A stretch of DNA of 64,000 bases from an uncultured Woeseiaceae bacterium (GTDB lineage Bacteria > Acidobacteriota > Vicinamibacteria > Vicinamibacterales > UBA823), in the NCBI GenBank assembly GCA_964569695.1, contig CAZMUA010000014.1:11935-75934 (forward strand), read 5' to 3'. The translations under genes were made by a program, and so were the position numbers. Positions 27,098 to 35,439 of this stretch are shown here, in pieces. Numbering within the stretch: the stretch's first letter is position 1; each line of letters begins with the position of its first letter. Under the pieces are notes generated by a model, which ran no database searches, was not told the origin of the DNA, and was given only the letters and a program-made list of their open reading frames with translations.

Positions 27098-27700
27098 ATG
27101 TTAGTGCGAACGCGTCTACTTTGGTTGAGTGTGGTGCTTGGTCTCGTGGTGACCGCTGATCTTAGTGCTGAAGACGCGCACCAGACTGACACAACCATTC
27201 TTGTTGCCTACTACAGTCGCACTGGTCGGACGGAGCAGGTGGCCGAGGCGGTTGCTGAAGGAGCACGTGGCGTGGAGGGCACCCGTGTCCTTCTAAAAGC
27301 GTTGACCGACGTGACGGCAGAAGACTTGAGTGAAGCCACTGGGCTCGTCCTCGGGTCTCCCACCTATTCCGCGAACATGGCGGGTCCAATGAAGAGCTTT
27401 ATTGATGATTGGAGCTTCCGTTATCGGGTTGATCTGACCGATAAGGTCGGGGCTGCGTTCTCGACGGGTGGTGGCCACACGGCAGGCAAGGAGCATGTTG
27501 TCGTTTCACTTCTTCTCGCGATGATTGGTGAGAGAATGCTTGTTCTTGGTCCGATTCGAGAAAACGGTGTCGGCGCTTTAGGTGTCAGTGGGGTCGCTCC
27601 ACCTCCAGGAGAACAAATCGCACCTAACATTTTAGGGGAAGGACGTTTACTCGGGGCGCGTGTTGCGCAGGTCGCCCAGCGTGTCCGCTTACAACCGTGA
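27098..27700 (+). CDS. Flavodoxin-like (WrbA/FMN-reductase fold) protein with N-terminal Sec-type signal or anchor
   Basis: The core ILVAYYSRTGRTEQVAEAV...GLVLGSPTYSANMAGPMKSFID is flavodoxin-like. It is preceded by MLVRTRLLWLSVVLGLVVTADLSA. ATG 27098 was chosen for its 9-nt spacing from GGGAG (the track start is 27065). Confidence 0.65.
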   Translation: MLVRTRLLWLSVVLGLVVTADLSAEDAHQTDTTILVAYYSRTGRTEQVAEAVAEGARGVEGTRVLLKALTDVTAEDLSEATGLVLGSPTYSANMAGPMKSFIDDWSFRYRVDLTDKVGAAFSTGGGHTAGKEHVVVSLLLAMIGERMLVLGPIRENGVGALGVSGVAPPPGEQIAPNILGEGRLLGARVAQVAQRVRLQP

Positions 27701-27717
27701 CACTGCGTCTTGATACC

Positions 27718-27746
27718 TTGACACTGACTGTTGAAGAGTTCAGAAT
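27718..27746 (+). promoter_or_regulatory. Candidate sigma70 promoter
   Basis: TTGACA-N17-CAGAAT, 36 nt upstream of ATG 27782. Confidence 0.3.
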
Positions 27747-27781
27747 CGGGTTCTTGTTCTAACTTGTTAAAGGGGATTTGC

Positions 27782-29080
27782 ATGGACGAAACGTCGCGCA
27801 CAAATATTCCAGATCACTCGCCAAGACGCGCAACTCGGCGAGATGCCTTGCGACGCTTTGCATCGTTTACTGGGGCATCACCGTTGTTTCAGGGATCCAC
27901 CGACGCTCTACAGGAGACTCAAACCACGGCTCCTGAGGAACCCGGGTATCTAAGTCAAGAGCCGCTTCGTGGTCGCCCCCAAATCATTCGGCCACCCGAG
28001 TACAGTGACGAGATTATGGCACCTGTTAATCTCCATGACTTTGAAGGGTTGGCCAAGGCGAAGATCAGTCCCATGGCTTACGACTACATTGCAGCCGGTG
28101 CGGCTGATGAGTTAACCATGCGGGCAAATTCAGAAGCGTTCGATAACTACTGGATTCGTCGTCGTGCCATGACGGATGTTCGGCAAATCGATACATCCAT
28201 TGAGTTGCTGGGTGAACGGCGGGAGCACCCGATTCTTTTAGGACCGGCAGGTGCGATGCACATGTTACACGAAGATCCGTATAGCACGATTGCCCGAGCG
28301 GCCAAGAATTCCGGAGCGATTTATGTCGGGGGTCCGGGTAACATGGCCGAAGTCACTCAGGCTGGCGAAGCGCCAACGTGGTGGGGGAGCACCCTCGGAT
28401 CACCCACACCGGAGACGGCTGCAACATTCGCAAAAAGTGTAGAGGATGGGGGCGGAAGCGCAATCTGTGTAAGCGTCGACTATCCCTATACGGGTGCCCG
28501 AGATCGAGTCATTCGAAACGAGTTTGACCTGGATATGATTCCCGAGCGTAACTACTCAACCTCGGAGCCGCCCACTAATGGTTTCCAGTCCGGCATGATC
28601 CAGGCTTATGTACCAAATATGACTTGGCGGTATATGGATTGGATGCATGCCGCGACAGATCTGCCAATCGTCGTGAAAGGCATCATTACTGCTGAGGATG
28701 CGCACCTTTCTGTTGAGAACGGCGCGCAGGCTGTGGTGGTATCCAATCATGGCGGCCGGACGCTTGACGGTATGCGTGGCACGATGGAGGTATTACCGGA
28801 AGTCGTGGATGCGGTTGCCGGGCGTGTGCCCGTCTTAGTGGACGGGGGAGTGCGTCGTGGCGGAGATGTACTGAAGGCTTTGGCACTAGGTGCGCGCGCC
28901 GTCCTTATCGGACGGCCTTATATGTGGGGATTAGGTGCCTTTGGTCAGGAAGGTGTGCAACGGGTCATCGAATTACTGCACGGCGAACTTAGGATCGCAC
29001 TGGGTAACGCTGGTCAGACCAGTGTGAGTAATCTTGACCGGAGTTTAATTAGGAGAGCTTGGCTGCCTCGGGAATGGTAA
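27782..29080 (+). CDS. FMN-dependent alpha-hydroxy-acid oxidase/dehydrogenase (glycolate/lactate oxidase family), RR-rich leader
   Basis: FMN_dh signatures: SNHGGRTLDG, VPVLVDGGVRRGGDVLKALALGA. The N-terminal 80-aa extension carries SPRRATRRDALRRFASFTGASPLF. Confidence 0.85.
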   Translation: MDETSRTNIPDHSPRRATRRDALRRFASFTGASPLFQGSTDALQETQTTAPEEPGYLSQEPLRGRPQIIRPPEYSDEIMAPVNLHDFEGLAKAKISPMAYDYIAAGAADELTMRANSEAFDNYWIRRRAMTDVRQIDTSIELLGERREHPILLGPAGAMHMLHEDPYSTIARAAKNSGAIYVGGPGNMAEVTQAGEAPTWWGSTLGSPTPETAATFAKSVEDGGGSAICVSVDYPYTGARDRVIRNEFDLDMIPERNYSTSEPPTNGFQSGMIQAYVPNMTWRYMDWMHAATDLPIVVKGIITAEDAHLSVENGAQAVVVSNHGGRTLDGMRGTMEVLPEVVDAVAGRVPVLVDGGVRRGGDVLKALALGARAVLIGRPYMWGLGAFGQEGVQRVIELLHGELRIALGNAGQTSVSNLDRSLIRRAWLPREW

Positions 29081-29137
29081 TCCTCACGACGCCTGGAACA
29101 CTGGTGACGTCTGCATAAATGGAGAGTTGAGACGAAC

Positions 29138-30325
29138 ATGGCGACTAACATGATGGTAGTTGGGACGGAACGCGAGCTGAGTTTTGCTGAACGCTTGCAG
29201 TTGACGAGCCGCCGTGAATTCTTGAGCACTGTGGCGCTTACAGCCGGTGCCATGCCACTGTTTGCGCAGCCCTACCAACTTGGTGGTATCAATCTTCCCC
29301 AGTACAGTGCGAAGGTCATGCGGCCGGCGAACGTACATGATATTGCTGAAGTTGCTCGGCGGACGGTCGATCCAACGACGTTCGACTATATCGAGGGTGG
29401 CACAGAAGATGAGCTTACGTTGCGACACAACGTTGAGGCGTTCCAGCGGGTTGCGTTGCGCCGACGGGTCATGGTGGACGTTAGCGAAATCGATACTTCA
29501 CTGGAGTACCTTGGGCAACAGCTTCAAGCGCCGATTCTGCTCTGTCCGACGACTAAGAATGCGGTTATCCCGAATGGTGATCGGGTTTCTGCGCAAGCCG
29601 CTCATGCTACCAATACGATTTATCATGTCAGTAATGCTCTCGGATGGATAGACGAATTGTACCAAGCGAATCAGGCCCCAGTTTGGATCGGTGCTACCTT
29701 GGGCCACGTAACCTCGAGACAGGCACAGGGGTGGGCGCGGCGTCATGAAGAGGCCGGAGCGTCGGCGCTCGTGGTCACCGTCGATCATCAATACACGCCA
29801 AGTCGCGATCGGAACATCCGTAATGGCTACGGTAATTATGCGGCCGGTGTCCTGAGACCGACAACACCCAGTGTCACATGGGATTATCTTGAGTGGCTTC
29901 GCAGTGGCTCCAAACTGCCCTTGATTTTGAAGGGAATTTTGACTGGTGAGGATGCAGAGCTCGCAGTTGAACACGGTGCGGCTGCCATTTCCGTGTCAAA
30001 CCATGGAGGTCGGGCATTCGATGGTGCTGTTCCAACGCTGATGGCACTCCCGGAGGTCGTCGAGGCGGTTGGTGGGCGGATTCCAGTGTTGATTGACGGG
30101 GGTGTTCGTCGCGGTGGTGACATCCTGAAGGCGCTGGCACTCGGTGCCACGGCCGTCATGCTCGGTCGAGCCTATGTCTACGGTTTGGCAGCCTTTGGTC
30201 AGGTGGGTGTACAGCGTGTTGTTGAGATGCTGACTGGAGAATTGAAGGTTGCGATGGGCTTGGCTGGGGTGCCGAATCTTGCCGCAATCGATCGTAGCTT
30301 GGTTCGACTTCCATGGGAACGTTGA
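29138..30325 (+). CDS. FMN-dependent alpha-hydroxy-acid oxidase/dehydrogenase, paralog 2, twin-arginine leader
   Basis: SNHGGRAFDG and IPVLIDGGVRRGGDILKALALGA. The leader is TSRREFLSTVALTAGAMPLFAQ. Confidence 0.85.
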   Translation: MATNMMVVGTERELSFAERLQLTSRREFLSTVALTAGAMPLFAQPYQLGGINLPQYSAKVMRPANVHDIAEVARRTVDPTTFDYIEGGTEDELTLRHNVEAFQRVALRRRVMVDVSEIDTSLEYLGQQLQAPILLCPTTKNAVIPNGDRVSAQAAHATNTIYHVSNALGWIDELYQANQAPVWIGATLGHVTSRQAQGWARRHEEAGASALVVTVDHQYTPSRDRNIRNGYGNYAAGVLRPTTPSVTWDYLEWLRSGSKLPLILKGILTGEDAELAVEHGAAAISVSNHGGRAFDGAVPTLMALPEVVEAVGGRIPVLIDGGVRRGGDILKALALGATAVMLGRAYVYGLAAFGQVGVQRVVEMLTGELKVAMGLAGVPNLAAIDRSLVRLPWER

Positions 30326-30523
30326 CGCACAACCTTCTTGGCTAATCTCAAATGGGAGCCGGCAAGATGACCGGTCAACTCTACTTTTGGCGTGTATCGA
30401 CGCATTTCTAAACTTACAACTCGTTCTCTCGACGGTAACACGCGGTAAGTCTGCGGTTTTGGTGGCTGTCATACGAAGTGACACAGTTCTTTAGTAGGTC
30501 GAAGCAAAGGTAGGTAGGACACA

Positions 30524-31444
30524 ATGTATCGGCGTGAGTTCCTCCGTTCAAGTTTTGCATTGGGCAGCACTGCCATGTTGTGCAGTACTGGAAGTCCACT
30601 CCTCGGATTTAACCAGTCGGTATCACATGCTTTTCACATGACGTATGCACCACATATTGGCATGTTTGTCGAACATGCCGGGGTCGATCCGATTGCGCAG
30701 ATCGAGTTCATGGCTGACCAGGGGTTCATGGCCTTCGAAGATAACGGAATGCGAGACCGGTCGATTCCGGAACAAGAACGAATCGCGCGTGCACTGACGC
30801 GCCGTGGCATGGCCATGGGAGTGTTTGTCATCAACATAAGTGGAGGCTTCGGCAAGCCCAGCTTCACACAGGGCGATCCTGAGATGCGAGCGCAGTTTTT
30901 GCGGGACGTCAGAGATTCCGTGGACGTCGCAAAGCGCGTGAATGCGACTTGGATGACCGTAGTGATGGGCGATTTGTATCCCCGTTTGGAAATCGATTAT
31001 CAAACTGCCCATGCGATTGAAACTTTGAAGCAAGCCGCTCAAATCTTCGAATCGCATGACCTCGTCATGGTCATCGAACCACTAAATCGATGGGACCATC
31101 CAGGCATGTACCTCTCGAAGATTCCACAGGCCTATATGCTGTGCAAGGCGATTGATAGCCCGTCTTGCAAAATCTTGTTCGACATTTACCATCAGCAGAT
31201 TACTGAGGGAAATCTCATACCAAACATTGACATGGCGTGGGATGAAATTGCGTATTTCCAAATCGGCGACAATCCTGGACGGAATGAACCAACTACCGGA
31301 GAAATTAACTATCGGCGTATTTTTGAGCACATCTACAACAAGGGCTACCGCGGCATTTTAGGCATGGAGCATGGTAATTCGCAGGCTGGTCGCGCCGGCG
31401 AGCAGGCGGTGATTGATGCCTATCGAGCCGTTGATGATTTCTGA
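30524..31444 (+). CDS. Hydroxypyruvate-isomerase-like sugar-phosphate isomerase/epimerase (xylose-isomerase TIM barrel), twin-arginine leader
   Basis: The leader is MYRREFLRSSFALGSTAML. Hyi-like motifs: LFDIYHQQITEGNL and GILGMEH. Confidence 0.8.
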   Translation: MYRREFLRSSFALGSTAMLCSTGSPLLGFNQSVSHAFHMTYAPHIGMFVEHAGVDPIAQIEFMADQGFMAFEDNGMRDRSIPEQERIARALTRRGMAMGVFVINISGGFGKPSFTQGDPEMRAQFLRDVRDSVDVAKRVNATWMTVVMGDLYPRLEIDYQTAHAIETLKQAAQIFESHDLVMVIEPLNRWDHPGMYLSKIPQAYMLCKAIDSPSCKILFDIYHQQITEGNLIPNIDMAWDEIAYFQIGDNPGRNEPTTGEINYRRIFEHIYNKGYRGILGMEHGNSQAGRAGEQAVIDAYRAVDDF

Positions 31445-31468
31445 TTGGCCATTGAGGGGAGCAAACAC

Positions 31469-32761
31469 ATGGTAAGTAGACGAACATTTCTGCGTGGTAC
31501 GGGTATTTTGGGTGGAGCGGTGCTCACGACGAAGGCACATGGTCTGGAGGATGTGGTGGCGGCCACGCAGTCGGTGTCCAGCCAAACTCCAGAGCAAGTT
31601 GCTCAGGATGAGTTCTACTGGCGTGAGATTCAGTCGGCTTTCACACTCGATCGAACGCTCACGAATCTTAATAATGGAAATAGTTGTCCGACGCCACGGG
31701 TGGTCCATGAAGCTTTAAAGCGCTATCTGGATTTTTCCAATCAACTTCCGGTCCATTACCGCGCGCAACTCCAACGCAATATCGAAACTGTTCGACGAGG
31801 ATTGGCCGAAGAATTTGGATGCGATCCCGAAGAGCTTGCCATCACGCGCAACTCAAGTGAAGCACTGCAAATTGCGCAGAACGGTCTCGATCTGCAAGCT
31901 GGGGACGAGGTGATTACAACCGAGCAGGATTATGGGCGGATGCTGACAACGTGGGACCAGCGAGTCCGGCGTGAGGGAATCACCCTGACGCGGCTTCCTT
32001 TTCCAGTGCCCACGACCCAAGATGATCTCTACAGTCGATTTGAGCAGGCGATTACGCCACGCACAAAGGTTTTGCATTTCTGTCACATCACGAATCTGAC
32101 CGGTCAATTATTTCCGGTCCAGCGACTCAGTCGACTGGCCCGCGAGCGAGGTCTAGTGACAATTTGCGATGGTGCACACGCTTTTGCACATTTTCCATTT
32201 AAGTTACGTGATCTTGAGTGTGACTACTATGGCACCAGTTTGCATAAGTGGTTGCTTGCCCCACACGGCACCGGATTTCTCTACGTGCGTCGAGAACGCA
32301 TCGAAAAAACTTGGCCACTGCAGGCTGCTCCCGCCCGACAGGATGGTGACATCAGGAAGTTTGAGGCAATCGGGACTCATCCAGCAGCACCGAAAGCAGC
32401 CATTGCCGAAGCTCTTGCGTTTCACCAGGCGATTGGGGCTGAACGGAAGGCCGCGCGGCTCCGCTTTTTGACCATGCGCTGGGCCGATCGGTTAAAAGAG
32501 AATCCACGGATCCGCATTCACTCCAACCTCGCACCAGGTCAAACTTGGGGGCTTGCCAACGTCGAAGTTGTCGGTGTCGATACACGTGAAATTAGCTCGT
32601 ATATGTGGGACAAGTACCGCATTGTCATTAACGCCATCGTGCGCGACGAATATCAAGGACTACGTGTGACACCTAATGTCTACACACGCCCTCAAGATAT
32701 CGACACCTTCACTAACGCGATGGAGGAAATTGCTGATACTGGTGGTATTCCCACTCAATAG
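31469..32761 (+). CDS. Class-V PLP aminotransferase-fold enzyme (epimerase/desulfurase/aminotransferase-like), twin-arginine leader
   Basis: The leader is MVSRRTFLRGTGILGGAVLTTKA, and GAGGGGA precedes ATG 31469. The PLP-lysine context is YYGTSLHKWLLAPHGTGFLY. Confidence 0.8.
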   Translation: MVSRRTFLRGTGILGGAVLTTKAHGLEDVVAATQSVSSQTPEQVAQDEFYWREIQSAFTLDRTLTNLNNGNSCPTPRVVHEALKRYLDFSNQLPVHYRAQLQRNIETVRRGLAEEFGCDPEELAITRNSSEALQIAQNGLDLQAGDEVITTEQDYGRMLTTWDQRVRREGITLTRLPFPVPTTQDDLYSRFEQAITPRTKVLHFCHITNLTGQLFPVQRLSRLARERGLVTICDGAHAFAHFPFKLRDLECDYYGTSLHKWLLAPHGTGFLYVRRERIEKTWPLQAAPARQDGDIRKFEAIGTHPAAPKAAIAEALAFHQAIGAERKAARLRFLTMRWADRLKENPRIRIHSNLAPGQTWGLANVEVVGVDTREISSYMWDKYRIVINAIVRDEYQGLRVTPNVYTRPQDIDTFTNAMEEIADTGGIPTQ

Positions 32762-32797
32762 GCCCGTTGGAGAGAGTGCGTAGCGGGGGGCGAAGTT

Positions 32798-35206
32798 TTA
32801 AAAGCGGAACAACTTTGTAAATTTAACGACGAAGCCACGGTTCTTCTGGAGGGGGAAGCCGTGGTGGTCGGTTGCGCGGCCTTCGGAATAGACAACATAC
32901 AAGTCGCTGCCGGGTTCGTACTCCCATCGGAACCGGACATTCGTGTTGATTGAGTCGTTGCTGGAGTTGTACTGGACGAGCGCACCAGCAAACAGACGCG
33001 CAGACATCGTATAGGTCGCTCGCGTACTCAAAAGTTCCGTCGTGAAGGTGCCTTCAGGCAATGCAATCCAGTTTCGCTGGAAGCGTGGCTCCAGTGACAG
33101 TTTCGGGGTCACTTCCACACGGCCATCGGCGCTGAAATGGGTACTATGACCGCTATAGAATCCACCGGTGCCAATGGTAACCCGCCCGGCAATCCTACGC
33201 TGCGGCCCGGCCATGTAGGTAGCGTTTGTGTTTTGCCACCTGTAACCGCCAACTCCAAGCACAACACCGTCAGCGATAGTGAAATCCTGAGGCAAGAATT
33301 CGTATTGATCCTTAGTGTTGATAATGATGCGGTCTCCACTCTCCATTTCGACTTGGAACCGGCCTTGGTATTGTCGAGTTTCAAGCGTTCCGGTCGATAT
33401 AGATGCGATGTGTTCAACGCTCGCTTGCATCTCAAACTTCCTGATTAACGCGATTGACGGTGCGCGCGGTGAAAACTTGAGCTCCGCGCGATTCTTCCTA
33501 AAGTCATCCCGTCGCACAAAGCCAATCCCAGGATTAAAATTATCACCAACTTTTAAATGAGAGAGAGTGAATCCATACTTATCTCCCTCGTTTTGGACGC
33601 GGGCTTGATAACTAGTTGTGTCCCCAGACAGTCCCGGGCTATTCGTACCCGCCCAGAAGGTGCTCATCTGTAAATTCTGAAAGAACGCGAAGTTGGCGTC
33701 GACACCGTAAGCTTGATTCGCGCCGCTTCCGTCGAGCGAGACTGACCGATTTGTGGCCATGACCCCAATCGTGCTCCGACGAAAGAGGTCACGCCGCAGA
33801 CGGACCACAGAAAAGTTTGTGGCCGCAGCTTCGAGTGACTGATCCTCGCTCGTCTGGATGTTTAGGAGGCCGACGGAGTATCGACCGGCGCGACCGGTCA
33901 CGCGAGATCCAGCACGGATCGTGACCGGTTGTCGATTCGCCAAACCAATGTTTCGACTGAAGAATAGGATAGGTGTTTCACCGCCACGCCCCCAGCCACT
34001 GTTCACACCCCCGAAATTAAAAATGCCCTGACCTTCAAGAAAAAATTCACGCTTTTCTGGAAAGAACAGACTGAAGCGGGTTAAATTTACCTGCTGCATG
34101 TCGTCCTCAACCTGGGCGAAATCAGTGTTGACGGTGAAGTCCGCCGTCAATCCTTGCGTCAATCCGTATTTAGCATCAAAGCCGACATCACCAAGGAAAT
34201 TGTTGTCCATGACGTTGGTGGTATTGCGTGTGCCCGTCACTGAGGAAATACCGAAGGGTTTTATTTCGAGATTCCGCGAATTGCTTGGTACAGAGATGCC
34301 GACCAATGTGGCTGCATCGGACACCCGTTGCAGGGCTCCCCACGCTGCTGACCGTGGGATCGGTGACAGGAATGAATCTTCTTTCTTGGATTCCACACCG
34401 CGGCGGATGTTAATACCCCAAATCTGGCCCTCGCCAGGCTTGAAGCGAAGTGATTTGAATGGGATTTCCATCTCCACGTCCCAGTACTGGTCGGTTTGGT
34501 TAACTCGGACATCCCACACTGTGCTCCAGTCGTAATTTGCATTTCTTTCGTCGGTGATGAGTCCATCTCGCAGGCCGCCGAGTGGATTCGTTTGGAAGAG
34601 ATATCCGTTACGCCGATCGTAGAAGGTATCTAACACAAGGGAAAAATTGTCGTTCTGACCAATCGCACGGTTATCACGGCGTAATTCATTGGCTAATCTT
34701 TTTTCTCGGCCAGTGTCCCAATTTCGGCCCGAGACATAGACATTCTTATCGTCGAAGAAGACCCACAATTCCGTCTTATCGGTCGCAGGCGCACCTTCGT
34801 CTGGCTCTTGCTGGATGAAATCCGTGACACTTGGCACAGTGGAATAGATTGGGTCGTCAAGTCGCCCATCAACGTTTAACCCTTCGGGCAATCGCACAGC
34901 CCGCACGGTAACTCGGCCTTGAGAATCGCGAGAGACGACGTTTGGTGCGATGGGTGCTGGGGGACCGTCGATTGTTACGTCGGTGTCTGACTTATCGACG
35001 TCAGTTTCGTCTAATTGAACCTTATCCGATTGCTGGAGTTGTTGCTGCTGATAAGGAACATTCCTGGCAGCCGCCAGTTCGAGTGCTTGCGTTGAGATTT
35101 GCGCGGCAGCTGTACTCACGCTGAACGACAATATTAGCAGGCACCCCATGAAGGTGGCTATGCGCAAAGCGGGGGTACCGAGTGTGTTGAGGGGTTCAGA
35201 TTTCAT
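32798..35206 (-). CDS. CBM9-like plus DUF5916 outer-membrane-type protein
   Basis: The N-terminal CBM9-like region is VDGRLDDPIYSTVPSVTDFIQQEPDEGAPATDKTELWVFFDDKNVYV. A long beta-rich C-terminal part ends in ...VVKFTKLFRF. ATG 35206 is preferred because a TATAAT (minus strand, 35260-35255) sits immediately upstream of the track's TTG 35248. Confidence 0.65.
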   Translation of the reverse strand: MKSEPLNTLGTPALRIATFMGCLLILSFSVSTAAAQISTQALELAAARNVPYQQQQLQQSDKVQLDETDVDKSDTDVTIDGPPAPIAPNVVSRDSQGRVTVRAVRLPEGLNVDGRLDDPIYSTVPSVTDFIQQEPDEGAPATDKTELWVFFDDKNVYVSGRNWDTGREKRLANELRRDNRAIGQNDNFSLVLDTFYDRRNGYLFQTNPLGGLRDGLITDERNANYDWSTVWDVRVNQTDQYWDVEMEIPFKSLRFKPGEGQIWGINIRRGVESKKEDSFLSPIPRSAAWGALQRVSDAATLVGISVPSNSRNLEIKPFGISSVTGTRNTTNVMDNNFLGDVGFDAKYGLTQGLTADFTVNTDFAQVEDDMQQVNLTRFSLFFPEKREFFLEGQGIFNFGGVNSGWGRGGETPILFFSRNIGLANRQPVTIRAGSRVTGRAGRYSVGLLNIQTSEDQSLEAAATNFSVVRLRRDLFRRSTIGVMATNRSVSLDGSGANQAYGVDANFAFFQNLQMSTFWAGTNSPGLSGDTTSYQARVQNEGDKYGFTLSHLKVGDNFNPGIGFVRRDDFRKNRAELKFSPRAPSIALIRKFEMQASVEHIASISTGTLETRQYQGRFQVEMESGDRIIINTKDQYEFLPQDFTIADGVVLGVGGYRWQNTNATYMAGPQRRIAGRVTIGTGGFYSGHSTHFSADGRVEVTPKLSLEPRFQRNWIALPEGTFTTELLSTRATYTMSARLFAGALVQYNSSNDSINTNVRFRWEYEPGSDLYVVYSEGRATDHHGFPLQKNRGFVVKFTKLFRF

Positions 35207-35439
35207 GAATGAGGTCGAGTGCGAGTAGGTATATACCGATATTAACAACTCTCTATTATAAACGACGCAGAAATGTCGTTTGTTGCTAACTTTATTCCCA
35301 GTCTCAAGATTATTGCCGGCCAGAATATCGACTCTCCTCGCCGATCCTGATATTGTTCTGCTTTTCTGACAACGAGCCTTTTGTCCATCGTACGCTGAAA
35401 ATAATTTGCATTGTTTATTTGACTGAAAGGAAGCGCTTT

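Noticed and set aside
29498-30484. Minus-strand ORFs of 158 and 162 aa (29498-29974 and 29996-30484)
   Set aside because: They are antisense to the second FMN hydroxy-acid oxidase and have unremarkable composition. The sense frame carries the FMN_dh signatures.
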